Below are positions 56,621 to 64,000 of a DNA stretch of 64,000 nucleotides, in pieces. Below the pieces are notes generated by a model, which saw only the letters and a program-made list of their open reading frames with translations, was not told the origin of the DNA and did not search any database. The stretch lies in NCBI GenBank assembly GCA_045806105.1, contig JBJMJY010000002.1:2438-66437 (forward strand), written 5' to 3'. Source of the stretch: Gaiellaceae bacterium (GTDB taxonomy: Bacteria > Actinomycetota > Thermoleophilia > Gaiellales > Gaiellaceae). The translations under genes and the position numbers were made by a program. How positions within the stretch are numbered: the stretch's first letter is position 1; each line of letters starts with the position of its first letter.

Positions 56621-57523
56621 ATGCTGCTCGCCTTCGACTGGACGCAGCTCGCCCAGCAGATCGTGATCGGGCTCGCTTCGGGCGGCGTCTGGGCGACGCT
56701 CGCGGTCGCGCTCGTCCTGATCTATCGCTCGACCGGCGTGATCAACTTCGCGCAGGGCGAGATGGCGATGTTCTCGACCTTCGTCGCCTGGTCGCTCGTC
56801 CACCACGGCCTCTCGTACTGGGGGGCGTTCTTCGTCACCGTCGCGATCTCGTTCGCCGGCGGGGTGGCGGTCGAGCGCGCCGTCATCCGGCCGGTGGAGC
56901 GGGCGCCTGTGCTGACGGTCGTGATCGTGACGCTCGGGCTCTTCTTCGTGGTCAACGGCGCGGCGCGCTGGATCTGGACGCCGGAGACGCGCAGCCTCCC
57001 GAACGCCTTCTCGACGCGGCCGATCGACGTCGCGGGGGTGGCGTTCTCGATCCAGGACCTCGGCACGATCGCCGTCTCGCTGGGCGCCGTCGCGCTGCTC
57101 TGGCTCTTTTTCCGCTTCACCAAGCTCGGCCTCGCCTCGCGCGCCGCGGCGCTGAACCCGGAGGCGAGCCGCCTCGTGGGCGTGCGCGTGAGCTGGATGC
57201 TCGCCCTCGGCTGGGGCCTCGCCGCCGCGATGGGCGCCGTCTCGGGAATGCTGACGGCGCCGGCGCTCGCGAGCTTCGACCAGAACCTGATGCAGCCGGT
57301 GCTCCTCTACGCCTTCGCGGGCGCCGTGCTCGGCGGGATCGACAATCCGCTCGGCGCGGTCGTCGGGACGCTGCTGCTCGGCGTGCTGGTCAACCTGCTC
57401 GGGACCTACGTCGACTGGATCGGCAGCGAGCTGCGGCTGCCGGTCGCGCTTGCGGTGATCCTCGGCGTGCTGCTCATCCGTCCCGCCGGCCTCTTCGGCC
57501 GGCCCGCGGAGACGAGAGTCTGA
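56621..57523 (+). CDS. livH: branched-chain amino acid ABC permease (LivH-like)
   Basis: QQIVIGLASGGVWATLAVALVLIYRSTGVINFAQGEMAMF...; 8 hydrophobic segments. Confidence 0.85.
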   Translation: MLLAFDWTQLAQQIVIGLASGGVWATLAVALVLIYRSTGVINFAQGEMAMFSTFVAWSLVHHGLSYWGAFFVTVAISFAGGVAVERAVIRPVERAPVLTVVIVTLGLFFVVNGAARWIWTPETRSLPNAFSTRPIDVAGVAFSIQDLGTIAVSLGAVALLWLFFRFTKLGLASRAAALNPEASRLVGVRVSWMLALGWGLAAAMGAVSGMLTAPALASFDQNLMQPVLLYAFAGAVLGGIDNPLGAVVGTLLLGVLVNLLGTYVDWIGSELRLPVALAVILGVLLIRPAGLFGRPAETRV

Positions 57524-58536
57524 TGCGCCGCCGTGCGCTCGGGATCGCCCTGTGGCTGGTCTTAGTCGCGGCCGTCCTCGTCCTGTACGCCTTCGCGCCG
57601 CGCCTCGTCAGCGACTTCCATTCGCGCGACCTCGCCCAGGCCGGGATCTTCTTCATCGCGATCGTCGGGCTCAACCTGCTCACCGGCTACACGGGCCAGA
57701 TCTCGCTCGGCCACGGCGCGCTGATGGCGGTCGGCGGCTACACGACGGCCGCGCTGATGGTGCACGAGCACTGGCGCGACGTCTGGACGATCCCGCTCGC
57801 CGGGCTCGCCGCGGGCGTCGTCGGCTTCCTGATCGGCCTGCCGGCGCTCCGGCTGTCCGGCCTCTACCTCGCCCTCGCGACCTTCGCCTTCGCGATCGCG
57901 ATGCCGTCGCTGCTGAAGAAGTTCTCGGGCCTGACCGGCGGCGGGCAGGGCCTACGCATGCTCGAAGATGCGCCGCTGCAGATCACCGGGATCAGCGGGA
58001 CGGTCACGATCTTCGGCCACTCGACGACGCAGAACCACTTCCTCTACTACCTCGCGTGGGGCATCGGCCTCGTCGGGTTCGCGGTCGCATGGCTGCTCGT
58101 CCGCGGCCGCGTCGGGCGCACCTTCCGCGCGGTGCGCGACAGCGAGGTCGCCGCGGCCTCGGCCGGAATCAACCTCGCGTGGGCGAAGACGTTGGCCTTC
58201 GCGATCAGCGGCGTCTACGCCGGGGTCGCGGGCGCGCTGCTCGCGATCCAGAACGAGATCGTGAACCCGCTCTCCTTCACGTTCCTGCTCTCGATCCTGC
58301 TCCTCGTGGGCACCGTCGTGGGGGGCCTCGGCTCCCTGCCCGGCATGGTTGTCGGCGCCTTCTTCGTCGTGTACCTCCCCGACGTCTCGACCCGCGTCTC
58401 GACTGCGCCCGGCGTTCCGGACTTCGTCTACGGCGCCGCGATCATCGTCGTGATGATCCTGCTGCCGACCGGGGCCGGGGGCCTGCTGAGACGGGTTGCG
58501 AGACCTCTAACAAGGCGGCTATACCTTCGTCCCTAG
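57523..58536 (+). CDS. livM: branched-chain amino acid ABC permease (LivM-like)
   Basis: GLNLLTGYTGQISLGHGALMAVGGYTTA...LRLSGLYLALATFAF...; ATG overlaps the upstream stop. Confidence 0.85.
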   Translation: MRRRALGIALWLVLVAAVLVLYAFAPRLVSDFHSRDLAQAGIFFIAIVGLNLLTGYTGQISLGHGALMAVGGYTTAALMVHEHWRDVWTIPLAGLAAGVVGFLIGLPALRLSGLYLALATFAFAIAMPSLLKKFSGLTGGGQGLRMLEDAPLQITGISGTVTIFGHSTTQNHFLYYLAWGIGLVGFAVAWLLVRGRVGRTFRAVRDSEVAAASAGINLAWAKTLAFAISGVYAGVAGALLAIQNEIVNPLSFTFLLSILLLVGTVVGGLGSLPGMVVGAFFVVYLPDVSTRVSTAPGVPDFVYGAAIIVVMILLPTGAGGLLRRVARPLTRRLYLRP

Positions 58537-58543
58537 AGGGGCT

Positions 58544-59755
58544 ATGGAGAGGACGACCTATCTGTTGGCGTGCGCTGTGGGCGCGCTCGTGCTTGCGGCC
58601 GTCGCGGCCGGCGCGGCCTCGGAGACCGGCGTGACCTCGTCGCAGGTGCTGATCGGCGGCACGACCCCGCTGAGCGGCAACGCCTCCGCGTACCAGTCCG
58701 TCGCGAAGGGTGCGGCCGCCTACTTCCGCTACGTCAACGCCCACGGCGGTGTGAACAAGCGCAAGATCAAGTACGTCTACAAGGACGACGGCTACGACCC
58801 GTCCAAGACCGCCGAGAAGACCCGCGAGCTCGTCCAGCAGGACAAGGTTTTCGCGATCTTCAACAGCCTCGGCACCGAGCAGAACCTCGCGACGCGCGCC
58901 TACCTCAACGCTGTCAAGGTGCCGCAGCTCTTCGTCGCCAGCGGCGCGACCACCTTCGGCAAGGACTACAAGCAGTACCCGTGGACGATCGGGTACCAGC
59001 CGAACTACCGCGCGGAGGGCACGATCTACGGCCGCTACGTCGCCAAGACGAGCCCGAAGGCACGCATCGGCGTCCTCTACCAGAACGACGACTACGGCAA
59101 GGATTTGCTCGCGGGCCTGCGGAACGGCCTGGGCAAGAAAGCGAAGCTGATCAAGTCGAAGCAGAGCTACGACGTCACCGACGATCAGGTGCAGTCGCAG
59201 GTCGCGAGGCTGAAGGCCGCGAAGGTGAACACGGTGATGCTCTTCGCGACGCCGAAGTACGCGATCCAGACGTTCGTCTACGCGAGCAGGATCGGGTGGC
59301 GGCCCCGGGTCTACGTCAATGCGGTCTCCAGCGCCGCCAACATCATGGGCCTCGCCACCGCCGGGACGCGCAAGAAGCAGACCGAGGGCTCGCTCTCGAT
59401 CGTCTTCCTCAAGGACCCAACCGACGTCCACTGGAGGAAGGACCCGGGCGCGAAGCTCTACCGCTCGATCATGAAGCGCTACAAGGGTGGCAACCCGAAC
59501 GATGTCTACGCCGTCTACGGCATGTCGGCGGCGCACACCTTCGTCGCCGCGCTGAAGAAGGCGGGCAAGAACCCGACGCGCGCCTCGATCATGCGGGCCG
59601 CCACAAGCCTGAACGTCAAGAACGACCCGTTCCTACTCCCGGGCGTGACCATCCACACGAGCAAGTCGGATCACTTCCCGCTCGACCAGGCGAAACTCCA
59701 GCGCTACCACAACGGCCATTGGGCCTCATTCGGCGGGTTGTTCCGAGTCAGGTAG
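58544..59755 (+). CDS. Leu/Ile/Val-type periplasmic substrate-binding protein
   Basis: Signal-like MERTTYLLACAVGALVLAAVAAGAAS, then IGGTTPLSGNASAYQSVAKGAAAYFRYVNAHGGVNKRKI...DDGYDPSKT...FAIFNSLGT. Confidence 0.85.
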   Translation: MERTTYLLACAVGALVLAAVAAGAASETGVTSSQVLIGGTTPLSGNASAYQSVAKGAAAYFRYVNAHGGVNKRKIKYVYKDDGYDPSKTAEKTRELVQQDKVFAIFNSLGTEQNLATRAYLNAVKVPQLFVASGATTFGKDYKQYPWTIGYQPNYRAEGTIYGRYVAKTSPKARIGVLYQNDDYGKDLLAGLRNGLGKKAKLIKSKQSYDVTDDQVQSQVARLKAAKVNTVMLFATPKYAIQTFVYASRIGWRPRVYVNAVSSAANIMGLATAGTRKKQTEGSLSIVFLKDPTDVHWRKDPGAKLYRSIMKRYKGGNPNDVYAVYGMSAAHTFVAALKKAGKNPTRASIMRAATSLNVKNDPFLLPGVTIHTSKSDHFPLDQAKLQRYHNGHWASFGGLFRVR

Positions 59756-60674
59756 TCGCGAGCCCGGGCTCTGTCCGGGGCGGCACGCGCACGAGCTGGC
59801 GCCGGCGCACCGGCAGCAGGCTGATCACGCCGACCGTGATCGCGACGCCGAGCCACTGCGTCCAGCGCAGCTGGTCGTCGAAGACGTAGACCCCCACGAG
59901 CGCGGCCGTGACCGGGAACGCGAGCTCGCCGATCGCCGCGAGCACGGCCGGAGTACGGCGCAGACCGACGTAGTAGAGGTTCAGCGCGAGGAAGCCCGTG
60001 ACGAGGGCGAGCACCGCGATCCAGAAGCTGTCGTGTAGGTTCGAGTAGGCGGCGGCGCCAACGATCGGCAGCACGCAGGCGCTCGCGATCAGGCCGAAGC
60101 CGAAGCGGACGGTCGAGACGTGCTCGAAGGCGAGCTTGCGTCCGAGGTACCGGCCGAAGACCGTGCCCATGCCCCAGAGCGCAGCGGCGGCGAGCGTCTC
60201 GACGATCGGCGTCAGCCCGTGGGCGTGCGGGTCGAGGGGATGCGGCAGCGCGATCAGCCAGACGCCCGCGAGGGCGGGGAGGAGGACCCAGGCGAAGCCG
60301 CGCCTCGGCTGTTCGCCGAGCACGAGCCACGCGCCGAAGACGGCGATCAGCGGCTGCACCTTCTGCAGCACGACGACGGTGATGAAGTCGCCGTGGAAGA
60401 GCGCCTTCGTGAAAAGGATCGTCGCGATCGCCGAGGCGCCTGCGCCGACCACGATCCCGGCGCCCACGTAGGGCCAGCCGGCGCGCCAGAGCGCCGTGAA
60501 CGCGGCGGCCGCGAGTGGCAGCGTCATCGCCACCAGCACCACGTGCTCCCCGAAGACGATCGTGTAGGCGGAGGTCGAGTCGGAGAGCGGCTTGCGGATG
60601 ACGCCGTCGAGGCCCCACATCGCGGCCGCCAGGCTGACGAGCACGACCCCGGGGAGGAGGTCCAATCTCCTCAC
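59748..60674 (-). CDS. DMT-superfamily (EamA-like) transporter
   Basis: GTG 60674 overlaps the lysA stop (GTGA). 10 hydrophobic segments in two similar halves. The upstream 465 codons of ORF 59748..62072 are rejected. Confidence 0.8.
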   Translation of the reverse strand: MRRLDLLPGVVLVSLAAAMWGLDGVIRKPLSDSTSAYTIVFGEHVVLVAMTLPLAAAAFTALWRAGWPYVGAGIVVGAGASAIATILFTKALFHGDFITVVVLQKVQPLIAVFGAWLVLGEQPRRGFAWVLLPALAGVWLIALPHPLDPHAHGLTPIVETLAAAALWGMGTVFGRYLGRKLAFEHVSTVRFGFGLIASACVLPIVGAAAYSNLHDSFWIAVLALVTGFLALNLYYVGLRRTPAVLAAIGELAFPVTAALVGVYVFDDQLRWTQWLGVAITVGVISLLPVRRRQLVRVPPRTEPGLATT

Positions 60675-61942
60675 GATCGGCTGAGCGTAGCTTCCTCGTA
60701 GCGCAAGAGGTCGTCGACGGTCTCGCGACGGCGGATGACACGCGCCTCGCCGTCGGCCACGAGCACGGCGGCCGGGCGCGGGACCGAGTTGTAGTTCGAG
60801 CCCATCGAGAGCGTGTAGGCGCCGGTGGCGGGCACCGCGAGCAGATCGCCGCGGTGCGGCTCCGGGAGCAGCGCCCCTTCGATCAGCACGTCGCCGGACT
60901 CGCAGTGCTTGCCCGCGACGTCGTACGCCTGCGCCCGCTCCTCGTCCGCTCGGTTCGCGAGCAGCGCGCTGTAGCGCGCGCCGTACAGCTGCGGACGCGG
61001 GTTGTCCGACATGCCGCCGTCGACCGCGACGTAGGTCAGCTCCGGGCTCGCGCGTTTCACCACGCCGACGCGGTAGAGCGTTACGCCGGCGCGGCCGACC
61101 AGCGAGCGCCCCGGCTCGAGGATCACCTGTGGGGGCTCGCCTGGCCACGCCTGCGCTAGCCGGGCGAGCAGCTCGGAGACGAAGTCCCGGATCGGCGGCG
61201 GCTCGTCCCCATCGACGTAGCGGATCCCCAGGCCGCCGCCGAGGTCGACGACCGCCGGCTCCCAGCCGAGCTCGTCGCGGGCGCGGGTCAGGAACGGCCC
61301 GAGCCAGTCGACGGTCTCGAGCCCCGCCTCCATGTGCAGCAGCTGCGAGCCGATGTGCAGGTGGATGCCGCGAGGCTCGAGGCCCGCAGCTCGAGCGGCC
61401 GCGACCGCCTGCAGCGCCTGGTCGGGCGGCAGCCCGAACTTCGACCCCTCGTGGGCGGTGCGGATCTTCTCGTGCGTGTCCGCCGCGATTCCCGGGGTCA
61501 CGCGCACGAGCACCTCGCGCACGCCCGCGGCCGCGGCCCGCTCGACCTCGTCGAGCGCGTCGAGCACGACGAAGCGCACATCGGCCTCGGCCGCCGCGCG
61601 CAGCTCCTCGTCGCTCTTGTTGTTCCCGTGGACGACGGTCCGCTCGCCGGCGACGCCGGCCTCGAGCGCGAAGCGCAACTCGCCGAGCGTCGAGACGTCG
61701 GCCCCGAAGCCCTCGGCCGCGAGCAGGCGCAGGATCGCCACGTTCGGGAGCGCCTTCAGACTGTAGAGCGGCAGCGCGTCGGGCGCCGCCGAGCGGTAGG
61801 CGCGGGCCGCCGCCTCGATCGTCCGCCTGCAGTAGACGACGAGCGGCGTCCCGAGCTCGTCGGCCAACGCCGAGGCTCGGACGCCGCCGAGCACGAGCTC
61901 GCCGTCCTGGACGGCAGCGGTCTGCGGAAAGAGCGAGAGCAC
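60671..61942 (-). CDS. lysA: diaminopimelate decarboxylase
   Basis: GTPLVVYCRRTI...LYSLKALPNVAILRLL...HGNNKS...SKFGL...GIHLHIGSQ...DLGGGLGI...EPGRSLVG...CESGD...GAYTLSMGSNYN. GTG 61942. Confidence 0.9.
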   Translation of the reverse strand: MLSLFPQTAAVQDGELVLGGVRASALADELGTPLVVYCRRTIEAAARAYRSAAPDALPLYSLKALPNVAILRLLAAEGFGADVSTLGELRFALEAGVAGERTVVHGNNKSDEELRAAAEADVRFVVLDALDEVERAAAAGVREVLVRVTPGIAADTHEKIRTAHEGSKFGLPPDQALQAVAAARAAGLEPRGIHLHIGSQLLHMEAGLETVDWLGPFLTRARDELGWEPAVVDLGGGLGIRYVDGDEPPPIRDFVSELLARLAQAWPGEPPQVILEPGRSLVGRAGVTLYRVGVVKRASPELTYVAVDGGMSDNPRPQLYGARYSALLANRADEERAQAYDVAGKHCESGDVLIEGALLPEPHRGDLLAVPATGAYTLSMGSNYNSVPRPAAVLVADGEARVIRRRETVDDLLRYEEATLSRS

Positions 61943-61956
61943 GCGCGCGATCGTAG

Positions 61957-62562
61957 TTATCGACGCAGGGCCGCAGCTGGGGCCTCGACCAGCAGGCGCG
62001 GCAGCCGACGCCGCGCGTGCGCCACCGCGTCTCGCACCGCCTCGGCCGCGCGCTCGTGCACGCCCGCGCCATGGCCGCAGAGGACGTGCTCCGGCTCGAG
62101 CTCTGCGAGCCGCGACGGCGGCGTCAGCCGCAGCAGCGGGTGGACGCCGAGCCGCTCGCCGCCGAGCGCGAAGTAGTGGGGCACCGTCCCGAGCGCGTCC
62201 GCGCAGACGAGCACGCGGCGCTCGGGCCACCAGAGCGCCGTCTCCTGCCACTGCCTGCGGCGCACGAGCGGGATCGCCTCGAACGGGCCGACCGGGCGGA
62301 ACGGGACGACGTGGTGCGGCACGCCCAGCCGCTGCGCGAACGCCGCGCAGTCGCGGCCGTGGCGGTCGAGCAGTTGGATCACGCCCGCCGGCTCGCCGAG
62401 CCCGCGCAGCCGCTCCTCGACGCCTTCGCCCTCGAGCGGGTCGACGACCCAGACGCCGTCCGCGAGGAGCGCGTGCGACGTGAGGCGCAGCCGCCGGCGT
62501 TCCGGCGCGACCCAGCCGAAGCCCCAGTCCTGCTCGTCGACGACCTGCGTCAGTCGTTCCAC
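61957..62562 (-). CDS. hypothetical protein (possibly degenerate MBL-fold)
   Basis: 201 aa. WVVDPLEGEGVEERLRGLGEPAGVIQLLDRHGRDCAAFAQRLGVPHHVV...VCADALG...VLCGHG. Sits 14 nt upstream of lysA. Confidence 0.5.
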   Translation of the reverse strand: MERLTQVVDEQDWGFGWVAPERRRLRLTSHALLADGVWVVDPLEGEGVEERLRGLGEPAGVIQLLDRHGRDCAAFAQRLGVPHHVVPFRPVGPFEAIPLVRRRQWQETALWWPERRVLVCADALGTVPHYFALGGERLGVHPLLRLTPPSRLAELEPEHVLCGHGAGVHERAAEAVRDAVAHARRRLPRLLVEAPAAALRR

Positions 62563-62942
62563 CAGCTCTCGACGACGCTCGCGTCGCCCGGGCCGGTGTT
62601 CGGCGCTCCCACGACAAGCAGCTCGACGCCCTCGGGCTCGGCCTCGAAGCTCCGCGCGGTGTCATTGTCGACGCGCAGCGCGTCGAGTAGCCGCAGCTCG
62701 ACGACGTCGTCGCCGACGTTTGCGCGGGCGCTGCCGCCGATCACGACGTAGACCTCTTCCTGCGTCTTGTGCGTGTGCCCGAACGGCAGCCGGTAGTTCG
62801 GCCCGAGCCGCTGGTAGCTCAGACCCGAGCGTTGGAGCTCGAGTGGCAGGCGCGCCATCCGCGACTCGAGGTTCTCCTCGAGCCCGAAGTTCGGCGCCCG
62901 GTCCTCGACGTCGTGCTTCAGGTTCAGCTTCGTGTAACCCAT
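62550..62942 (-). CDS. cupin-domain protein
   Basis: AGGAGGG SD, then ATG 62942. LPFGHTHKTQEEVYVVIGGSARANVGDDVVELR (cupin motif 1 region). Confidence 0.8.
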   Translation of the reverse strand: MGYTKLNLKHDVEDRAPNFGLEENLESRMARLPLELQRSGLSYQRLGPNYRLPFGHTHKTQEEVYVVIGGSARANVGDDVVELRLLDALRVDNDTARSFEAEPEGVELLVVGAPNTGPGDASVVESWWND

Positions 62943-63049
62943 GGCACCCTCCTGGATTTCGGCCGGCCCGATGCTAAAGTTCGGGTCGATGAAGCAGCTT
63001 CTCGAGTAGAGCAGGGGACACCGCGGCGAGTGCCGCGTCGGTTCCCGCA

Positions 63050-63078
63050 GCCTCTCGTTCGAGAGGCTTTTTCGTTTC
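63050..63078 (+). terminator. intrinsic-terminator-like hairpin with U-tract in the leuS 5' leader (attenuator or end of a short RNA)
   Basis: gcctctc-gttc-gagaggc followed by tttttcgtttc, ending 11 nt before the leuS SD/TTG. T-runs like this are otherwise rare in this G+C-rich window. Confidence 0.55.
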
Positions 63079-63089
63079 TGGAGGCAGCG

Positions 63090-64000
63090 TTGGAGAAGTA
63101 CGACCCGCAGGCAATCGAGGCGAAGTGGCAGCGAGTCTGGGAGGACGCGCGGGCCTTCTACGTCGAGAACCCGCCGCCGGGCGCGGAGCCGGACGGCGAG
63201 TTCTACATGCTCGAGATGCTGCCGTACCCCTCCGGGGACCTGCACATGGGGCACGTCCTCAACTACACGCTCGGGGACGTCGTCACCCACTTCCAGCGCC
63301 GCAGCGGCAGGCGCGTGCTGCGCCCGATGGGCTACGACTCGTTCGGCCTGCCCGCCGAGAACGCGGCCATCCGCGAGGGCGGGCATCCGCGCGAGATCAC
63401 CGAGCGCAACATCGAGAACATCGAGCGTCAGATGCGCCGCCTCGGGTGGGCGATCGACTGGGACCGCGTGATCGCGGCGCACGACCCGGACTACTACCGC
63501 TGGACGCAGTGGCTGTTCCTCCGCTTCTTCGAGCGCCACCTCGCCTATCGCAAGGAGGCGCCCGTCAACTGGTGTCCGAACGACCAGACGGTGCTCGCGA
63601 ACGAGCAGGTCGTCGACGGACGGTGCGAGCGCTGCGGCGCGGAGGTCGAGGCCCGGAAGATGGAGCAGTGGTTCTTCCGCATCACGTCGTACGCCGACGC
63701 GCTGCTGCACGACCACGCGCTGATCGACTGGCCCGAGCGGACGAAGACGATCCAGCGCAACTGGATCGGCCGCTCCGAGGGGGCCGAGCTGCTCATCCGC
63801 ATGGACGAGCTCGACGTGGACGTGCCGATCTTTACGACCCGCGCCGACACCGTCTTCGGCGCGACCTTCTTCGTGTTGGCGCCCGAGCAGCCGCTCGTCG
63901 ACGCGATCATCGAGCGCTCGCCGAACGGCGAGGGGATTCGCGACTACGTCCGCAAGTCGGCCGCCAGGCGCGGTGAGGAGCGGGCAGCCGCGGAGGAGAA
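63090..64000 (+). CDS. leuS: leucyl-tRNA synthetase, 5' portion (continues past the right edge)
   Basis: Not in the ORF track (no stop in window). GGAGG SD, then TTG 63090: LEKYDPQAIEAKWQRVWEDARAF...MLPYPSGDLHMGHVLNYTLGDV...GYDSFGLPAENAAI...NWCPNDQTVLANEQV...CERCG. Confidence 0.95.
   Translation, partial: MEKYDPQAIEAKWQRVWEDARAFYVENPPPGAEPDGEFYMLEMLPYPSGDLHMGHVLNYTLGDVVTHFQRRSGRRVLRPMGYDSFGLPAENAAIREGGHPREITERNIENIERQMRRLGWAIDWDRVIAAHDPDYYRWTQWLFLRFFERHLAYRKEAPVNWCPNDQTVLANEQVVDGRCERCGAEVEARKMEQWFFRITSYADALLHDHALIDWPERTKTIQRNWIGRSEGAELLIRMDELDVDVPIFTTRADTVFGATFFVLAPEQPLVDAIIERSPNGEGIRDYVRKSAARRGEERAAAEE

Noticed and set aside
63017-63040. T-box riboswitch in the leuS leader
   Set aside because: AGGGGACACCGCG matches the T-box consensus AGGGUGGNACCGCG only in the ACCGCG part and lacks the UGGN that pairs with the tRNA 3' end. 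I could identify no convincing Stem I or specifier loop in the ~100 nt available. It is kept only as a weak possibility within the leader finding.

Overview
This is a very high-G+C bacterial chromosome segment. Gene content looks Actinomycetota-like: a PspA/PspAA/PspAB + HtpX module, an F420-type PPOX, NrtR, many GTG/TTG starts, frequent 4-nt stop/start overlaps, and divergent gene pairs with almost no intergenic DNA. I support about 75 protein-coding genes, 2 tRNAs (Ser-UGA, Ala-CGC), several hairpin terminators and a few operator-like palindromes. I saw no rRNA, CRISPR array, transposase or integrase.

Layout:
- 1-9.6 kb (plus a GT4 at 12.6-13.8 kb): Wzx/Wzy-type polysaccharide locus with ATP-grasp, beta-helix lipoprotein, CelD-like acyltransferase, NodB deacetylase, Wzy-like polymerase, Wzz/pseudo-kinase, flippase and GT4.
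- 10.3-12.6 kb: SigB/F/G-type sigma factor, a membrane-anchored HicB-like protein and a Pro-rich secreted protein.
- 15.6-17.4 kb: cytochrome c, serS and tRNA-Ser.
- 18.9-21.6 kb: htpX-pspAB convergent with pspA-pspAA.
- 22-28 kb: mixed metabolism around tRNA-Ala, with gene fragments.
- 28-31 kb: NlpC/P60 operon next to a Fur-family regulator and a ZIP transporter.
- 32.2-36 kb: glyoxylate shunt (small ORF, aceB, aceA, GntR).
- 37.4-43 kb: LysR, a giant FtsX-type permease and a tandem ABC ATPase carrying an in-frame amber codon.
- 43-54.9 kb: mixed genes (Mo-oxidoreductase, macro domain, NrtR + MFS, BNR propeller + MoaD-like, PPOX, HMG-CoA lyase, decarboxylase, GNAT, adenylate cyclase, DUF255).
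- 55-59.8 kb: Liv-type ABC operon.
- 59.7-64 kb: DMT transporter, lysA, MBL-like protein, cupin and the 5' part of leuS.

I did not find a clear-cut new multi-gene system. The observations most worth follow-up are:
- the amber codon inside the ABC signature motif;
- the translationally coupled Cys-containing small ORF and twin palindromes upstream of aceB;
- the twin AT-rich palindromes upstream of the liv operon;
- the terminator-like leader in front of leuS;
- the membrane-tethered HicB-like protein next to the sigma factor;
- the catalytically degenerate BY-kinase domain;
- two unannotated small ORFs;
- the frame-broken NeuD/GT2 junction.

All functional calls come from reading the translations by eye. 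No database search was run.
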